Counted from the first letter of the stretch, positions 10,093 to 23,878 are shown. The stretch is 64,000 nucleotides of DNA from an uncultured virus (IMG/VR IMGVR_UViG_3300020048_000107) (IMGVR_UViG_3300020048_000107); one strand, 5' to 3'. The notes: a model not told the origin generated them from the letters alone. Translations and numbers: made by a program.

Positions 10093-12354
10093 ATGGATAA
10101 TTTAACGGGTTTATCCCATGTAAAAGATCTTCTCTCTGAAAAAGAGAAAGAAAATAAGGATTATTTGATCAGTGTAACCGATCTTACAATAACAGAACTG
10201 GTAAAAGATAAGGATCAAGTTAGAAAAGCATACAATTACTATAATGGTATTCGAGATAAAGATCAATTCAGACATCTTGAAGAAATTTATGGTATTGGTG
10301 CGCCCACGTCTATTGAGTTTATACCACTCGTTAGACCACATATTGATTAGTTGGTTGGTGAGTTACTTCAAATTCCTTTCAAACCACAAGTCACATGTAA
10401 GGATAAGAAGACCCTGACAGAAATCAACAGAGAAAAGCAAACTAAAATTATTTAGGATTTATATGCTGAAACTCAAAAACATGTAAACAATGTTTTTACT
10501 GATTAGATGTTAAAACAAGAAGGTCAAAATACAGGTCAAGTAATAGATCCTTTTATAGAAAAGCGATTACAACAAATAAAGGATGATTTAACTAATAATT
10601 TTGTATCTGAATATGAAATTGGTGTACAGTATTTATTAGAATATTTCAAACAAAATAAAGCTTTAGATTTTTTAAATAAAAGAAAAGAATTATTTAAATC
10701 ATTATTAATTGCCGGCCAATGCTATTATAATCAAACTACAGATAAAAAAGGACAATTACCAACGTTTGAAGTAATTCATCCGATGGATGCTTTTATGGAA
10801 AACAATCCTAATAGTCCATATTTAAACAAATCTAGTAGAGGTGTTATACGTAGAAGAATGACAAGACAAGATGTCTTATTAAGATATGGACATTTGTTAA
10901 AAGCAGAGGATTTAGAAAAAATAGAAAGTTATGTAGCTGGTAGAGAAGATGGTAACATATATTACATGACTAGTAATGATGAGGGTATTATAGCCGGTAT
11001 TTCTCCAACAATTGTTGGTGGATCACCATAGTATCCTGACAACTGGTACAATTGGTTTTATAGAGACTTATTAATAGTATATGAAGTACAATTTTTATCT
11101 GCTAATAAATATACAGATAAAGATGGTAAAACTAGATATAGATTAGATCGTTATGAAACTATTCGTATAGGTGAAGATATTTATATTCTTAAAGGTAAAG
11201 CTGAAGACGTATATCGTGAATCAGAATATCCAGATGAATAGACACTTACTATGGGTGGTATATGTTATTCTGATATTAATGGTTAGCCTTATTCTTTAAT
11301 GTTAGCTACAGCCAACTTACAAGACAAATATGATTTATTATATTTCCATCGTGATGTTGCTATTTAGTTATCTGGTGTAAAAGGTATGGCTGTTGATACA
11401 TCTGCAATTCCAGCTTGGTTAGGTGAAGAACCTGAAGAAAGACTGAAGAAGTTTTGGGCATATGTAAAATCAGGATTGGCTCCTTTAGATACTGCTCAAG
11501 AAGGATAGTCTACTATGAACACTGCTATCTTTCAACCATTTGATAATAGTATCCCGGGCCAAACTCTACAAGCTATAGAATTAGCAATTCAACAAACAGA
11601 AGATGCATGTTCTAGAATTACAGGTGTCTTTAGAGAACGCTTAGGTGCTATAGAACAAAAAGATGCTGTAACAAATGTACAAACAGGAATTCGTCAATCA
11701 GCAATTATTACGAAACAGTATTATCAAATAATAGATTTATTAACTAAAGAAATCTTAATAGGTCTGATTAATTCTTGTAGAACTACATTTAAAGGTGGAT
11801 TTTTAGGATCTATCATATTAGGTAATGGTCTTAGTAAAATATTTGAGATTAAACCAGAACATTTCTCTTTCACAGATTATGATATTCATATTGATGATTC
11901 AGGAGATATTGTTCGCGATATGCAAAAGATAGAACAGTTAAGTTTAGAGTTGATTAAGGCCGGTCAAACTGATGCTGATGTTATTATTTCTACAGTGGGT
12001 TCACATAGTATGAGTCAAATGAAACACGACTTATTACTTGCTTACGATAAAAAGAAGAAAGAGAATGATCAGTTAGAAAAAATGCAACAGCAAGTTTTAC
12101 AATAGGAACAACAGTAGAAAGAAATGCAATAGCAAATGCAAAAATTATCTATGGAAAATGAATAGTTGAAAAAGAAAGATAGAGAATTAGAAAGATACAA
12201 AGTAGATAAAACATTTGAATTAGGTGTAATTCAAAACGATACCACCGCAAAATATAACGATGGTAGTTTAAAATTAGATTTAAAACGTGTAGAATTAGAA
12301 CAATTACAGCTGATAGATAACAACAGTCAGAATAACGAAATTAAAAACGCATAA
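10093..12354 (+). CDS. Portal protein (753 aa)
   Basis: Four fragments in one frame. KAYNYYNG.RD..QF..LE...GIG.PTS.EF.PL, ITGVFRERLG.IEQ.DAVTNV, coiled-coil C-terminus, located after terL. Confidence 0.88.
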
Positions 12355-12356
12355 TT

Positions 12357-13313
12357 ATGAGTGACCTTTGCAACACATATAACATACAAGACCATCCTAC
12401 TGAGTTGACATTTGCTCTCGTCACTAGTACTACAGATTGTAGTTTTTATGTCGAAGACAACACAGAAGATTATAATCCACCATTCTCATTTGGTTTTTAT
12501 AATGAAGATGGTCCGGATCCAACAGAATAGCACCAATACAAAAGAAGTTGGGGTTATTTTATAAATGTGCTTTACTGGAACAAATACAATAAATACACTG
12601 GTAAATGTGAAGCACAAAAAATACAAGCAACTTTAGATAATTTAATTTACGAAGATGGTTAGTTAGATTTAGTACCTCAAAAATACGGATTTAACCGAGA
12701 TGGTTATTATACTGTATATAGAATGTTTGTACTAAACAAAACTAAATTTGAAGAACTTAAGTCTTTATATTTAGGTTCGCAAGTCATTGTTTATAATGAA
12801 TCTACATTAACTTTAGAATTTGGAGTATGGGATGATGAGTATAATGTCACTTATACTACAGTTACAGATATTAATGATGTCGTATTAAGCTTTGAAAATC
12901 AATCTAGTAATGTTAAAATAACCGGAACTTAGTCTAAAAAAGATATAGTTTCTATTTGTTATTTAACTAAATGTTATGAAGGTTTAAACATTCTCTTAGT
13001 AGAACAAATATCAAATCCTTGTTTAAATTCACCTTCTCAATTTACAGGTAACTCTGGTAAAAGTTTATTTGGTTATAATTCTGTTAACTGTTAGGCAATT
13101 TACAACAACCCAAATTTCTTCAAGAGAGATTTTTTATTTATGTTAATCACTTCTTTAAGATAGTTGGTAGACAGATGTGAATTTGTACACGCTGAAAAAA
13201 TGATTGAAGAAGTAATAGGTACATCGACTACTTAGAAATGTTCTTAGTTTACCTATTTATGTGGAGATACTCTTACATCAAACGAAATACAGACTGGCTG
13301 TGGATGCGGATAA
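12357..13313 (+). CDS. Putative virion structural protein ending in GCGCG
   Basis: Continuous frame through TAGs; contains the ORF at 12723. Confidence 0.7.
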
Positions 13314-13314
13314 A

Positions 13315-13500
13315 ATGGCATGCTTAATAATCTCTCAATTCGAGGCATTGTATAAAGCATTAAAAAAAGGTGATCAACCAGATCCATAGGATTATATATT
13401 ACTTAAAGATCTTATATATAGATTCTTAAACACAAATTGTGTAAATACTTCTTTTATAATTCAACAAAATGACGACATTAAATCCTGGTTATTACAATAA
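13315..13500 (+). CDS. Small hypothetical protein (may start at GTG 13300)
   Basis: 61-aa frame with one TAG, bridging two genes. Confidence 0.5.
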
Positions 13501-16500
13501 CACTTCATGCTCACCGGGTAGTGTACAGATGCCGGATTCTTCTTAGAATCCAATAACATTAACACCGGTCTGCAATCCAATAGATAAACAATTAATTAAT
13601 ACGATCATTAGTTATCTTATTTCTAATGATATATTTATTTTAAATCAATAGACAGATACTCAACAAACACCAGGATAGTTTTATATTTCTAATTATGGAA
13701 AGGCTAATAGTTTTTTAGCTAAAAACTTTTTATTATTAAATTCTGCTGGTCTAGACATTGCTGATTTAAAAGCAAGAACACATAGTATTAATAGTCTTGG
13801 TGATTATTATGGTGCTATGTGGACTGTTGATACAGATGATTTTATAGTTTCCGCTGATAATATTGTTTTAGATGGTCAACCTGTATTAAGAACTGATTTA
13901 CCATCTACATAGAAAGATGTAATTTTGACTGTAGACGGTAATGGTATTGTAAACGAAACTCTTGCTAGTGACATCACCACAAAGATTCCAAATTTACAAC
14001 AGGTTACTGATGTGGGAAACGCTACCACAAACACTATTGTTTAGTAGAATGCTACTAACGATTTTGAATTGGTACCTTATGGTCAAATGGTTACTGCTAT
14101 TGCAGAATTGTTAACTTTAAATCCGGACATCATAACAATAATCTTAGATTGGTTAAATGAATATGATTTCAGTATGTATATTAAAACTACTGAAAAAGCT
14201 TCTTAGGGTGGTGTAGCTACTTTAGGTTTAGATGGTTTAATACCCACAACACAAATACCTTAGCTTACTTTACAATGGATTTGTGATAATGGTTTTGTTA
14301 CCAATACTCGTATAACCGCAGCAAATGCTGTTAATCCACAAGATTTAGTTACATTAGGTCAATTGTCAGCGTTAATAAGTGCTGGTGTAGGAACATTAGA
14401 TCAAGTTTTAACAGCTGGTAATGTAAGTTCCCTAAACATCGAATTAGAAGACACCAATAATTCTACTATTTTAAGTCCTATAGATTTTAGTACTCTGTAT
14501 GATGATGGTACATTATTAAATGAGACTTTAATTCAACCTGGAAAAATAGTCTTACATTCTTCTGGTGTTGGTTTTGATAATGTCATTGATTTACATGTTG
14601 GTGGTCTTGGAGATTTAACAGATAGATTAATAATGAATTTAGGTGGTGGTAGCGATACATATCTTATTACATCAAATGATTTTGGTCATACACCTTAGTC
14701 AGGTTTACCTATCGATTAGGATTTGTTAGATGGAAAACACGGTTCAGAATTTATACTAAAGACTGAATTTCCAGTCAATGTTACTGGTTAGACCACTGGT
14801 AATGCTTTAATTTTTAATGGTACTACCTGGATTCCTGGAGTTGGTAGTGGGGGTGGATCCACAACACTTGATTATTTTGCTGAAGTTTTATCAGTTGATA
14901 ATGCAATATGGAAACCGAGCACAACCACACACAATACTGTTTTAAAAAGTAATTTACATAAAAACTTACTTTTGGGTTCGTAGCTTAGTTATGAACAAGC
15001 ATTTGTAGATCCTGTTGATGGAATGGATAACTTTTTATTCTCTAATGGAACTACAATTCCTATTTTGTCCGGTAGTTATAATGTTGCTTTTACAACAAAT
15101 GGTACCTTATAGGGTTCTTATAATGTTGTATTTAGCGATTTAATAAATGTATCAGCATTAAGTAGCAACAACTTTGTTTTTTCAATGGGTTCACAAATAG
15201 GAACTAATGTTGGAGCAACAAATAATATTTTGATGGTGAACAATACTTCTGTAGCATCACCACATCAATTTCAAGGTAGTAATAGTGCATTATTAGAAAA
15301 TATAGACATTAGTTTTAATGCTATTAATTCCGCTAACACATCCTTTATTTCAAATAACTATTAGGCTCAAGTAGGTTAGAACGATGTAGTTTTAATTCGT
15401 ACTTACAATACTGTTGTTAGTGCTCAATATTAGACTGCAATTAACACATTGAATTCAACATTAATCGGTTTAAATTCTTTTGTTTCTGGTATAGCATTGA
15501 ATGCTAATTCTTATGCTAACGTTGCTTTTGGTACATATGCCACTAGTGAAGTAGGTGGTACTTAGAACTTAGTTATAGATAGAGACCGTTAGTTCTTTGT
15601 TGGTAGTGGTAGTGGTTATGGTGATTTAAGAAATGCTATAACAGTTTGGAAATCTGGTGCTACTCAAATTGAAGGTGTATTTAAAATGGGTTCGTAGGAA
15701 GATAATGAAACCGGTTCTGTTATGGAAGGTTCATTACGTTACTATCCTACTGATAAAGCTATAGAAATATATAGAAATAGTGCTTGGAGTAAAGATTTGT
15801 AGAACAATAATACCATGGAATATATCGCATGGTCCAAATTAAAGTATCCATAGGCATACATTCCAACTACATCTACTGTTGACGGTGCTTCTGATCCTTT
15901 GTTAATAAATCCAGGAACTGTAGATTTTTCAACAGGTCCATCGGCTGTAAGTATAAATGCTGGTGTTTTAAGTGTTGTAACACCAGGTTATTATAATGTT
16001 CATTTTAATGTTGGTCTCACCATAGCAAATACTACTGCTGGTGATATTGTAGCTTTAAGATTAATAGGTAATAACGTTACACAAAACATTACTATATCTA
16101 AAGTATTAACCGTTACAGGAACAGAAGATGTTTGTTTTAACGCTTCTTTATTTTAGAAATTAGAACAACCGGACACTATGTCTTTCTATTTGTTTTATAT
16201 TTCAGGTGCTGCTACTCACGATGTTACACCGATAATTGCTAGTACAACTATTGATTTTGTTGAAGTTAAAAACGTTCAAGACGGAACTATCGAAGACAAT
16301 GCTTTAGGTTGGATAGACAATTTGAGACAAATTTACATAAGAAATACTTCTTTGAACAATGTGAATTTATCTGGAGAAACAAGATTTAAAGTAGTTTCTC
16401 ACGACACGGTAGGTAAAGTAATTGAGGTAAACAACGATATCCCTAGTGAACTTGATGCTGTTGCTTTTGACGCAACGAAAAAATGGCAATTGTGTAAAGG

Positions 16501-17596
16501 TGCTGCTATAAATGTGGATATAGATTCATTCGATGTAACAAGAAGATTTATTACTTATACAACATTAACTGGAGGCGCAATTAACATAAACGATAATGTT
16601 GAATTTTTCAATCCGTTTATGAATTATGAAATTGGTGCTACAAGTCCTATATTGTAGGTTGGTGCACCAGGTACTTGGAATGCTCTTTATATGCAATCCG
16701 GTGGTATGTGGCAAAAAAATGATGGTACATATTCACAAATTATAAGTGGTATCAATGCTGTTGGAGGTGTATTAAAACTCGGAAAAGCTTCATCTTTAGA
16801 TTAGCTGACTTGGAGTCTTGATAATGGAGGAAATCATTATTATGAAGCTGCAATAGCACCATTTAATGCTTCTTATGAAACAGTTTCTCTATACACACAA
16901 TCTAACCCTGTCAAAACACCTGAAGACACATACATTTCTATATACATTGGAACAACTGCCACACAAGCTAGAGTAGGTTGGATAGAATTTGATGAAGATT
17001 TCAATATTTTAGATAAATCTACTTCGCCAATTATAGCACCAGGTTATACAGCTGATCAATATCAAGTTGGGGGTGTGATTTATTTTGAAAACAAATGGTT
17101 ATTGTATGTTTGTTATAGACCTTCCGCAACACCATCCACATGGAAAGTATTAGAAATGGAAATGGACGATATTAAGAGCGGTGTAGTTAATGTTGTTAGA
17201 GAAGTAATTTCAGCTTCTCCAGGAGGAAATGTTTGGAACGGTAAACATATGGACAGTGTCATACCATTTGTTTATAACAATACAGTTTAGTTGTGGGTAG
17301 GCGGTACAGGTCCAGACTCAGTGGTAGATTATTTATTCTCTAGTAATAGAAGTTATGGCTTGGTTTATAGAAATAAAGCTGGTTCAATCGTTAGTTATAC
17401 TATCGATACTAGAAATCCTATATTTGCCAATCCTATTGGTAATTCAGCAGTTTGGGGATACAGTGAGTATTGGGATCATATTGGTGGTGGATTGAGTTAT
17501 TTCACGCAAGGTAATACTATGCGTATGTATCCAACATTTAACGCTGGATCAAACACATATAAAATACCAGTGCTAACGCTTGATAATAGCATATAA
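13469..17596 (+). CDS. Large fibre / receptor-binding protein (1375 aa)
   Basis: ORFs at 14363, 15899, 16178, 17075 and 17291 share a frame from ATG 13469. G/T/N-rich, with GVATL..DG.IP..QIP, D*DLLDGKH and L.QV...GN repeats. Confidence 0.8.
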
Positions 17597-17606
17597 TAAT
17601 TTTTTA

Positions 17607-17616
17607 TTATATTTGT
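17607..17616 (+). promoter_or_regulatory. TTATATTTGT promoter of the capsid operon
   Basis: Repeated TAnnTTTG motif in an intergenic gap. Confidence 0.65.
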
Positions 17617-17698
17617 TAAGTTTTTAAATATATTATATGAATAACATGAAAAATGCAACTAGATGTCGTAGTCCTTTTTTTAATTCTACCCGAAAGTA

Positions 17699-18775
17699 AT
17701 GATTAATTTAAACGGACAACTCGACGAACTAAATCAAAACGATACCTTCGAAGACGACGAAACAGGTTTAGAACCTGTAAAAGTTTTTGTAGATAGTTTT
17801 GGTGACGATGACAAAAAAGATACAGAAAAGAAAACAGAACTAGTAGATAATCCATTCAAACCTACGGACGATGATGATTTTAATGAACCTCTAGAAAGAA
17901 ATAAAATTGTAGAGGATTTACTAAAACAAAAGGGTATTGAAGATTCAACTAAAGTTTTATATGAAAACGATAAAGGTGAAGTTGAAGAAGTTGATTTTTA
18001 TAAATTGCCGTATGAAGATCAAATAAATATTTTATCAAATGTAGAGGAAAGTAATCCTGGTTTAACAGAAGAAGATTTATTCTATATTCAACAAGCCAGA
18101 GAAAATAATATTTCTCTTACAGATTTGATTAAATATTACTAGAACCAAAGTATCGAAGAATACAATAAAAATCAGCAAGCTAGTTACGCTGTTGCCGATT
18201 ATTCTGATGAGGAGCTTTATGTTTTAGATATGAAAGCTAAATTAGGAGATAGTATTACTGACGAAGAGATTTTAACATAGTTAGAAAAAGAACTTGAGAT
18301 TCCAGAAATTTTTAAAAAGAAAGTTGATAGCCTTAGAAAAGAGTACATTGCTTTAGAAGAAGCTGAAAGAGCGGATGCGGCAAATGCACTTAACGAGGAT
18401 AAAAACTCTAGTTTTAAACAATTCGGAGATCAAATTTCTTCTCTAGTCGATATTGTTGAAGATGTCGGTGGCGTTACACTAGAAGATACTGATAAAAATG
18501 ACATACTGAAATTTATGTTAGAACGTGATGTAAACGGAGCAACAGAATTTCAAAAATAGATGAACGATCCAGAAAATATGTTTTTAGCAGCCTGGGCTAT
18601 TTTGAAGGCAGAAGATACTTTTGATGTACTAAAAGGTCATTATGAGGAATTGTTGAAGAATAGTAAAAAAACACAACCTGTTAAAACAGATAAGGGAACG
18701 CAAACAACAGTTGTGAGATCACAACCAGCGGTCAAGAAACATATGAGTATTGAGGACTTACAAAAATTTGATTAA
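17699..18775 (+). CDS. Acidic protein upstream of the major capsid gene (scaffold-like)
   Basis: ORFs at 17699 and 18560 are in frame; very D/E-rich; directly precedes the MCP. Confidence 0.72.
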
Positions 18776-18780
18776 TAATT

Positions 18781-20199
18781 ATGAAAATTGTTGACATTAC
18801 CACTCGTCGTCCTTAGATGAGTGACACAAGGACTTACGAAGAATTTACGAAGTTCCTGGGCGAAAAACCCCACAGACTCGGCGTTATGGCCCAGCTGTAT
18901 ACAGATTTAACAGCTTCCTATTTAACTGAAGCTTTAATGAATATCTATTCAAAAGATTCAAAGAAAGATAAATTTCAGAACATTGACAGTCGTGTTTTCG
19001 AATGGGACGTTGAGACTAACTTAGTAAAGCGTGTTGAATTTGCTGGAACTCCAATTGGAGACGGTAATACAGGGACTACTATTATAATGGCGTTTAAAGA
19101 ACGTTACTATGAAAAATATGATATTTTCCGTATCGAAGATTCGAGACAGTTATGTCAAGTTATCGCAAAACCAAATCGTAAAGCTGATAATTACTGGGAA
19201 GTAATGGTTCAATTGATTGACCCGGATTATAGTTCTATCCTCGATTCAACAGCTGTTGGCATCGGACACTATACTAGGTTCATTTCAAACGCATTCCCAG
19301 AGTTAAGTGAAGAAGGATACACAAAATATCAGAGTAACATGGAGAAACATCGTAATTATATTACTTTGCACCGTGTTGATGATAAATTCTCTTCATTGTA
19401 TGCTAACTTGGAAGATGTGTTTGTAAAAGTTGCTGGTAATGATAGTAAAGGTGACATCAAAGAAAAAATGTATAAAATGTCAACTGTAGAGCAATCTCTG
19501 TTAGAAAACTTTATGCATGTGAAAAACACCGGTTTGTTATTCAACAAATGTAACGTTGATAAAAATGGTAAACCGACCAGTTTTGATCCTGATACAAATC
19601 AACCTATTTATATTGGCGACGGTATTGTTCCTCAGATTGAAAGATTTGCAAACAAATACGCTTATGCTAAAATGTCAATTAACGTATTTGAATCGGTTAT
19701 TAACACCATGATTCAGAAATGTAAAACATCAACTGGTAATCAGTTTGTATTTATCGTTAATGAAAGAATGTGGTTCCAGATTCAGAGAACTCTTCGTGAT
19801 TATCTGAAAGATTGGAAAACCAATGGTACATTCTTCTTCTCAGGAGAAGCTGGTAAAGATATCGCTGTTGGAGCAACATTTGATACCTACATTTATGGAG
19901 GTAACCAAATTTCCTTTAAAGTTGATAAATCATTTACCTTAGAATATCCTAATCGTGGATTTGGTATCTGTCTTGACTTAACTGGAGACAAATCAAAAGG
20001 ACAACCTGCAATGATGGCTTTCACCATTCGTGGTATGGAATTCATTAAAAACACTATTTCTGGTGTTGGTGGTCTGAACGGTAGAACTTCTGGTGAAGTT
20101 TCGAGTCGTATGACTGGATCTTATCAGGTTATGTATGGAAGTGCTGGTTGTGCAGTATTCAATCCTTACAAAAGTTTCATCATAGAGGAGAATATCTAA
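18781..20199 (+). CDS. Major capsid protein (472 aa)
   Basis: crAss-type TRTYEEF.KFLG, FEWDVE, PELSEEGYTKYQSN.EKHRN, IGDGIVPQIER. Start at ATG 18781 with a single TAG at codon 12. Confidence 0.9.
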
Positions 20200-20260
20200 T
20201 TGATACACAGTAAGTTACAAGATTTCGTTAAGAAGTACTAGAACTTACTAATACTTTTAA

Positions 20261-20285
20261 TAAAGACCCCTAATAGGGGTCTTTA
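20261..20285 (+). terminator. Hairpin terminator after the MCP
   Basis: taaagacccct-aat-aggggtcttta. Confidence 0.75.
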
Positions 20286-20309
20286 TTGTTTTTATACTAT
20301 ATTAGTTGT

Positions 20310-21011
20310 ATGAAATATATCGTATATCAAACAACAAACCTTATAAATAATAAAATTTATATAGGAGTTCATAAGATTAAAAATAAAGAAGATGATGGTT
20401 ATATAGGGTGTGGGGTTTATAAAACACAAGAGAGATCTTATATGATTAAACAAACAGCTTTTCATAAGGCAGTCGCTAAATATGGTCCAGAAAACTTTAT
20501 TCGGGAAACACTAAAAGAATTTCCTACCAAAAGAAAAGCCTACGAATATGAATCAGAAATAGTAACTTTAGAATTTTGTAAACTATCTACAAATTACAAT
20601 ATGAAACCAGGTGGTCGGGGAGGATTTAATTTTGTTGGAAAGCATCATACTGAAGAATCTAAACAAAAAATTAAAGATAATTCCCCATTTAAGGGAAAAA
20701 AGAGACCACAGGCTTTTGCAGATAACATGAGTAAAATTCAAAAAGGAAAGATAGTTTCTGTAGAGACCAAATTGAAGTCGTCTAAAACTAAAAAAGAAAG
20801 AATTCAGAATGGAACTACAAAAATGGTATCCCGTTCTATTTTGGTTGTAGATTTATTTTTAAACACTGAATCCACGTTTAAATCATTAAAAGAATTTGCT
20901 ATTAAAGAAAATTTAAATTATGGATCTTTAAAGGTATACACTAGAAAAAATATGATTTATAAAGAAAGATACAAAATCTCCTACACCAGTGAACTTAAAA
21001 TACAACTATAA
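20310..21011 (+). CDS. GIY-YIG homing endonuclease (Seg-like, with NUMOD3 motifs)
   Basis: YIVYQTTNLINNKIYIGVH..DGYIGCG, KYG.ENF, YN..PGG.GG, GKHHTEESKQKI. Contains no TAG. Confidence 0.9.
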   Translation: MKYIVYQTTNLINNKIYIGVHKIKNKEDDGYIGCGVYKTQERSYMIKQTAFHKAVAKYGPENFIRETLKEFPTKRKAYEYESEIVTLEFCKLSTNYNMKPGGRGGFNFVGKHHTEESKQKIKDNSPFKGKKRPQAFADNMSKIQKGKIVSVETKLKSSKTKKERIQNGTTKMVSRSILVVDLFLNTESTFKSLKEFAIKENLNYGSLKVYTRKNMIYKERYKISYTSELKIQL

Positions 21012-21021
21012 ATAATTTTTA

Positions 21022-21031
21022 TTATATTTGT
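21022..21031 (+). promoter_or_regulatory. TTATATTTGT promoter
   Basis: Repeated motif upstream of the gene at 21083. Confidence 0.65.
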
Positions 21032-21082
21032 GTAGAATATTTAGAGTGAATATTCACAAATGAAAATGTTAAATAATTTATT

Positions 21083-21925
21083 ATGCAACCAGACAATTCA
21101 AACTTAGTGGTAATCCGTTCGGTTTACCGAGTTACAAAAATGTTGGTCGAACCAGCAAAACACCCAAAAACAAACAGATACGCAGATTGCGTTAGAACAT
21201 TAGATAGTAATGGTAATATGATTCTATCTGATGCTGATCGTAAAAAAGACATCAGTCTTTTTATTCCAGAGGACAAAGCTATTGAAATTTATGATGGTAA
21301 AACATTCGATCTTAACGATCCTTATGAAGCCGCTCAATGGGATGCTATTAAATATTCCAGAAGAATAGCTAAAGCTAGGGACGAGAAAGATGAATTCGGT
21401 AATTTAGTAATAGACGGTAATGCTGTTCGTTATGGTAATGCTGAATTTTATGTTGAAATACCAGGATTAGAAGCTAAAGCTATTAGTTCTAAGAAAAGAA
21501 AAATTCATGAAGCTGAATCTTATGTTTATAATGATACCTACGAAGGTTTATATACTAAAGCTCGTGTATTAGGTATGATGGTTAAGGGTTTAAGTCATTC
21601 AGAAGTTGAACAAGAATTAATTAAAAGAGCTCAAATTAAACCGGAACAAGTTAAAGACTTGTATGAAGGTAAAGAAACTTATTTCAGAATTCTTTTTGTT
21701 GATGCTTTAGACAAAAATGTCATTAGAAAACGTGATAACTTATTCTATTATGGCGATCTTTTGTTAGGTTCAAATGAAGACACTGTTATCAATTACATGA
21801 GGAATCCAGAAACAAAAACTATTATGGATACCATTCGTGCTGAAGTTTACGGTGAAGATTATGTAACTAGAGATCAGACAACTTAGGTAACCAAAGAAAT
21901 TAAAGAAACAAAAAAAGGTAAGTAA
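21083..21925 (+). CDS. Conserved crAss-like protein downstream of the MCP
   Basis: 267-aa ORF extended through TAG 21884 to a TAA that overlaps the next ATG. Confidence 0.8.
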
Positions 21926-22677
21926 TGATTTTAACAACTATTAAGGATGTGTATTTAGCTTTGTTAATAGAATTAAATAAACAAGAATCTCCAACAATAT
22001 TGTTAGAAGATTTTAATTATTTATATAATAAAGCTAAACAAAATTATATTAACAAGCGTATTAATATTTCTCCAATCGGACAACAAGTTATAGATGATTT
22101 AGCTGAGATTACTGTTTTTGGACGTGCATTAACCGTTATTAGTATAAATGCAAACACATATCCAAAATAGTATAAGGTTGATTTACCAGAAGATTACTTA
22201 CATTTATTAAGGTGTAATCCAGAAGTGACTACACAAACTGTACAAGAAGAATCATGCCCGACTCCCGTCGGAAATATTTCTTACCCTATTACAAAACCTG
22301 TCACATCAAAAGAATTATCAGAAATTGGTAATAATTATTATTTAAAACCTTCTTTTAAATTAATTTATTATGGTGTGAATTAGGTTGATCGACAATACAA
22401 ATTAAATTTATATTGTGGTAATGACACTAATAAACACATAAGTAAAGTATTTGTAGACTATTTTCGCGTTCCCAAAACAATTACATTAAACGAAGACGAT
22501 CTTTATGAAGTTGATGACAATTCTACAATTTTAGAATTCAAACCTTATGTAAATCAGGAAATTTTAAATGAATTGGTATCTTTAGTAATGGAGAACGCCA
22601 TAGATCCAAGACTCGTAACAAATAAACAAGTAAATCAAACTATCGGTTTACCTTAGATGTTACAAGCACAGCAATAA
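21925..22677 (+). CDS. Putative tail ring / head-tail connector protein
   Basis: LIELNK..SP..LLEDFNY..NKA, LPEDYLHLL, MENA.DPRL; continuous through TAGs. Confidence 0.65.
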
Positions 22678-22700
22678 TTTTAAAATAAAACAAACAAATT

Positions 22701-23795
22701 ATGTTTGATTACAATTCGTCAGAAACCATTATAAATGGTCTCTACTTACCCGATGGTACTACATCGTAGTGGAGTATTCTCAGCAAAGTTGCTGATACTT
22801 CCTTGGCTCCAGTCGCTGGAGAAGATCCTTTTATCAATTATTTTGGTGGAGATAAAGCTTTGCATATTACTCGCGTAGCAAAATACATTGATAAATTTAT
22901 TACACAGGTTTGGAGAAATCCTTTCACTGCAACCACATATGAGGTTTAGACTATATTCACTCCTGCTGCTCTTGTTGGTGGTGTTGTTTATCGTTTAAGC
23001 ATTGATGCTATTTTAGATCAAGGCTCACAATCGGCAGAATATGGCCGTTGGGCAATTCATAAAGGAAAACCTTATTTGATTGAGTTTACTAGTTCTACTA
23101 CTGTTACTGCTGGTGCTAATGCTGCTGCTTATATAGTTGCTCAATGTAAGAAAGGTTTAAAAAATCCTGACTTAGGTGAATTAGAATTAACTTTCGCAGT
23201 TAGTGGTGGAACAAACGTTACTATCACAGCTAAAAATCCTCATGTACACTTTAAAGAAGTTGTTATTGAAGAAATGTATCCTATTGGAAGTGGTACTGGC
23301 CAAGATATGGAAGGTGATGTAAAAACCTATCATACAACTTTTGCTGCTAGTGGAAACACTGCTACAACTGCAGTTATTACTACTCTTGGTGATCTTGGTT
23401 TTGGATCATATACATGGATGATTAGTAACTTACGTATCCCAACTGTTGAAGCCATCCGTTTCGGAGGTACATTCCAAGATGAATTACCAAGACCTGGTTC
23501 GTCCTACACTCAGTTTGTAATTGAGTATGAGAAAACTAGAGAAATAACTGGTAGTAATGTTATTGGAGCTCCTGCAGTTTCGAAAACAAGACATACTTTC
23601 TATGTTCTTGATACTAACGTAGGTGACAATACTAACCCAGCTTATAAATTCTATGCTGATATCAAAACCGTACTCGGTGGAGGTGGTGTTATGGAGCCGT
23701 TTGTTACAAACGTTCCTGATGCAGATGCTGGTTCGACTCTAAGTGCTACTAATGACGGTATCTTAGCTACAACTAGTGATAACTTACCTGACTAA
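22701..23795 (+). CDS. Virion structural protein (auxiliary capsid protein candidate)
   Basis: In frame with the ORF at 23076; GFGSY.W...NLR.PT, YTQF.I.Y, S.T.H.FYV; two TAGs; followed by a terminator. Confidence 0.65.
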
Positions 23796-23816
23796 TCTTA
23801 ATTGATTATTAATAAC

Positions 23817-23846
23817 AAAAGCGAATCAGAAATGGTTCGCTTTTTC
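23817..23846 (+). terminator. Intrinsic terminator
   Basis: aaaagcgaatca-gaaa-tggttcgcttttt. Confidence 0.75.
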
Positions 23847-23853
23847 TTTTTTA

Positions 23854-23863
23854 TTATATTTGT
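23854..23863 (+). promoter_or_regulatory. TTATATTTGT promoter of the tail operon
   Basis: Motif directly after a terminator and before ATG 23879. Confidence 0.65.
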
Positions 23864-23878
23864 AGAAAACAAAAATAT

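Noticed and set aside
7712..20199. Introns or inteins in terL, portal or MCP
   Set aside because: Each reads as one continuous frame of plausible length, and the endonucleases lie between genes.
20209..20249. Inverted repeat agtaagtt...aacttact after the MCP as a structured RNA
   Set aside because: Only an 8-bp stem with weak inner pairing; insufficient support.
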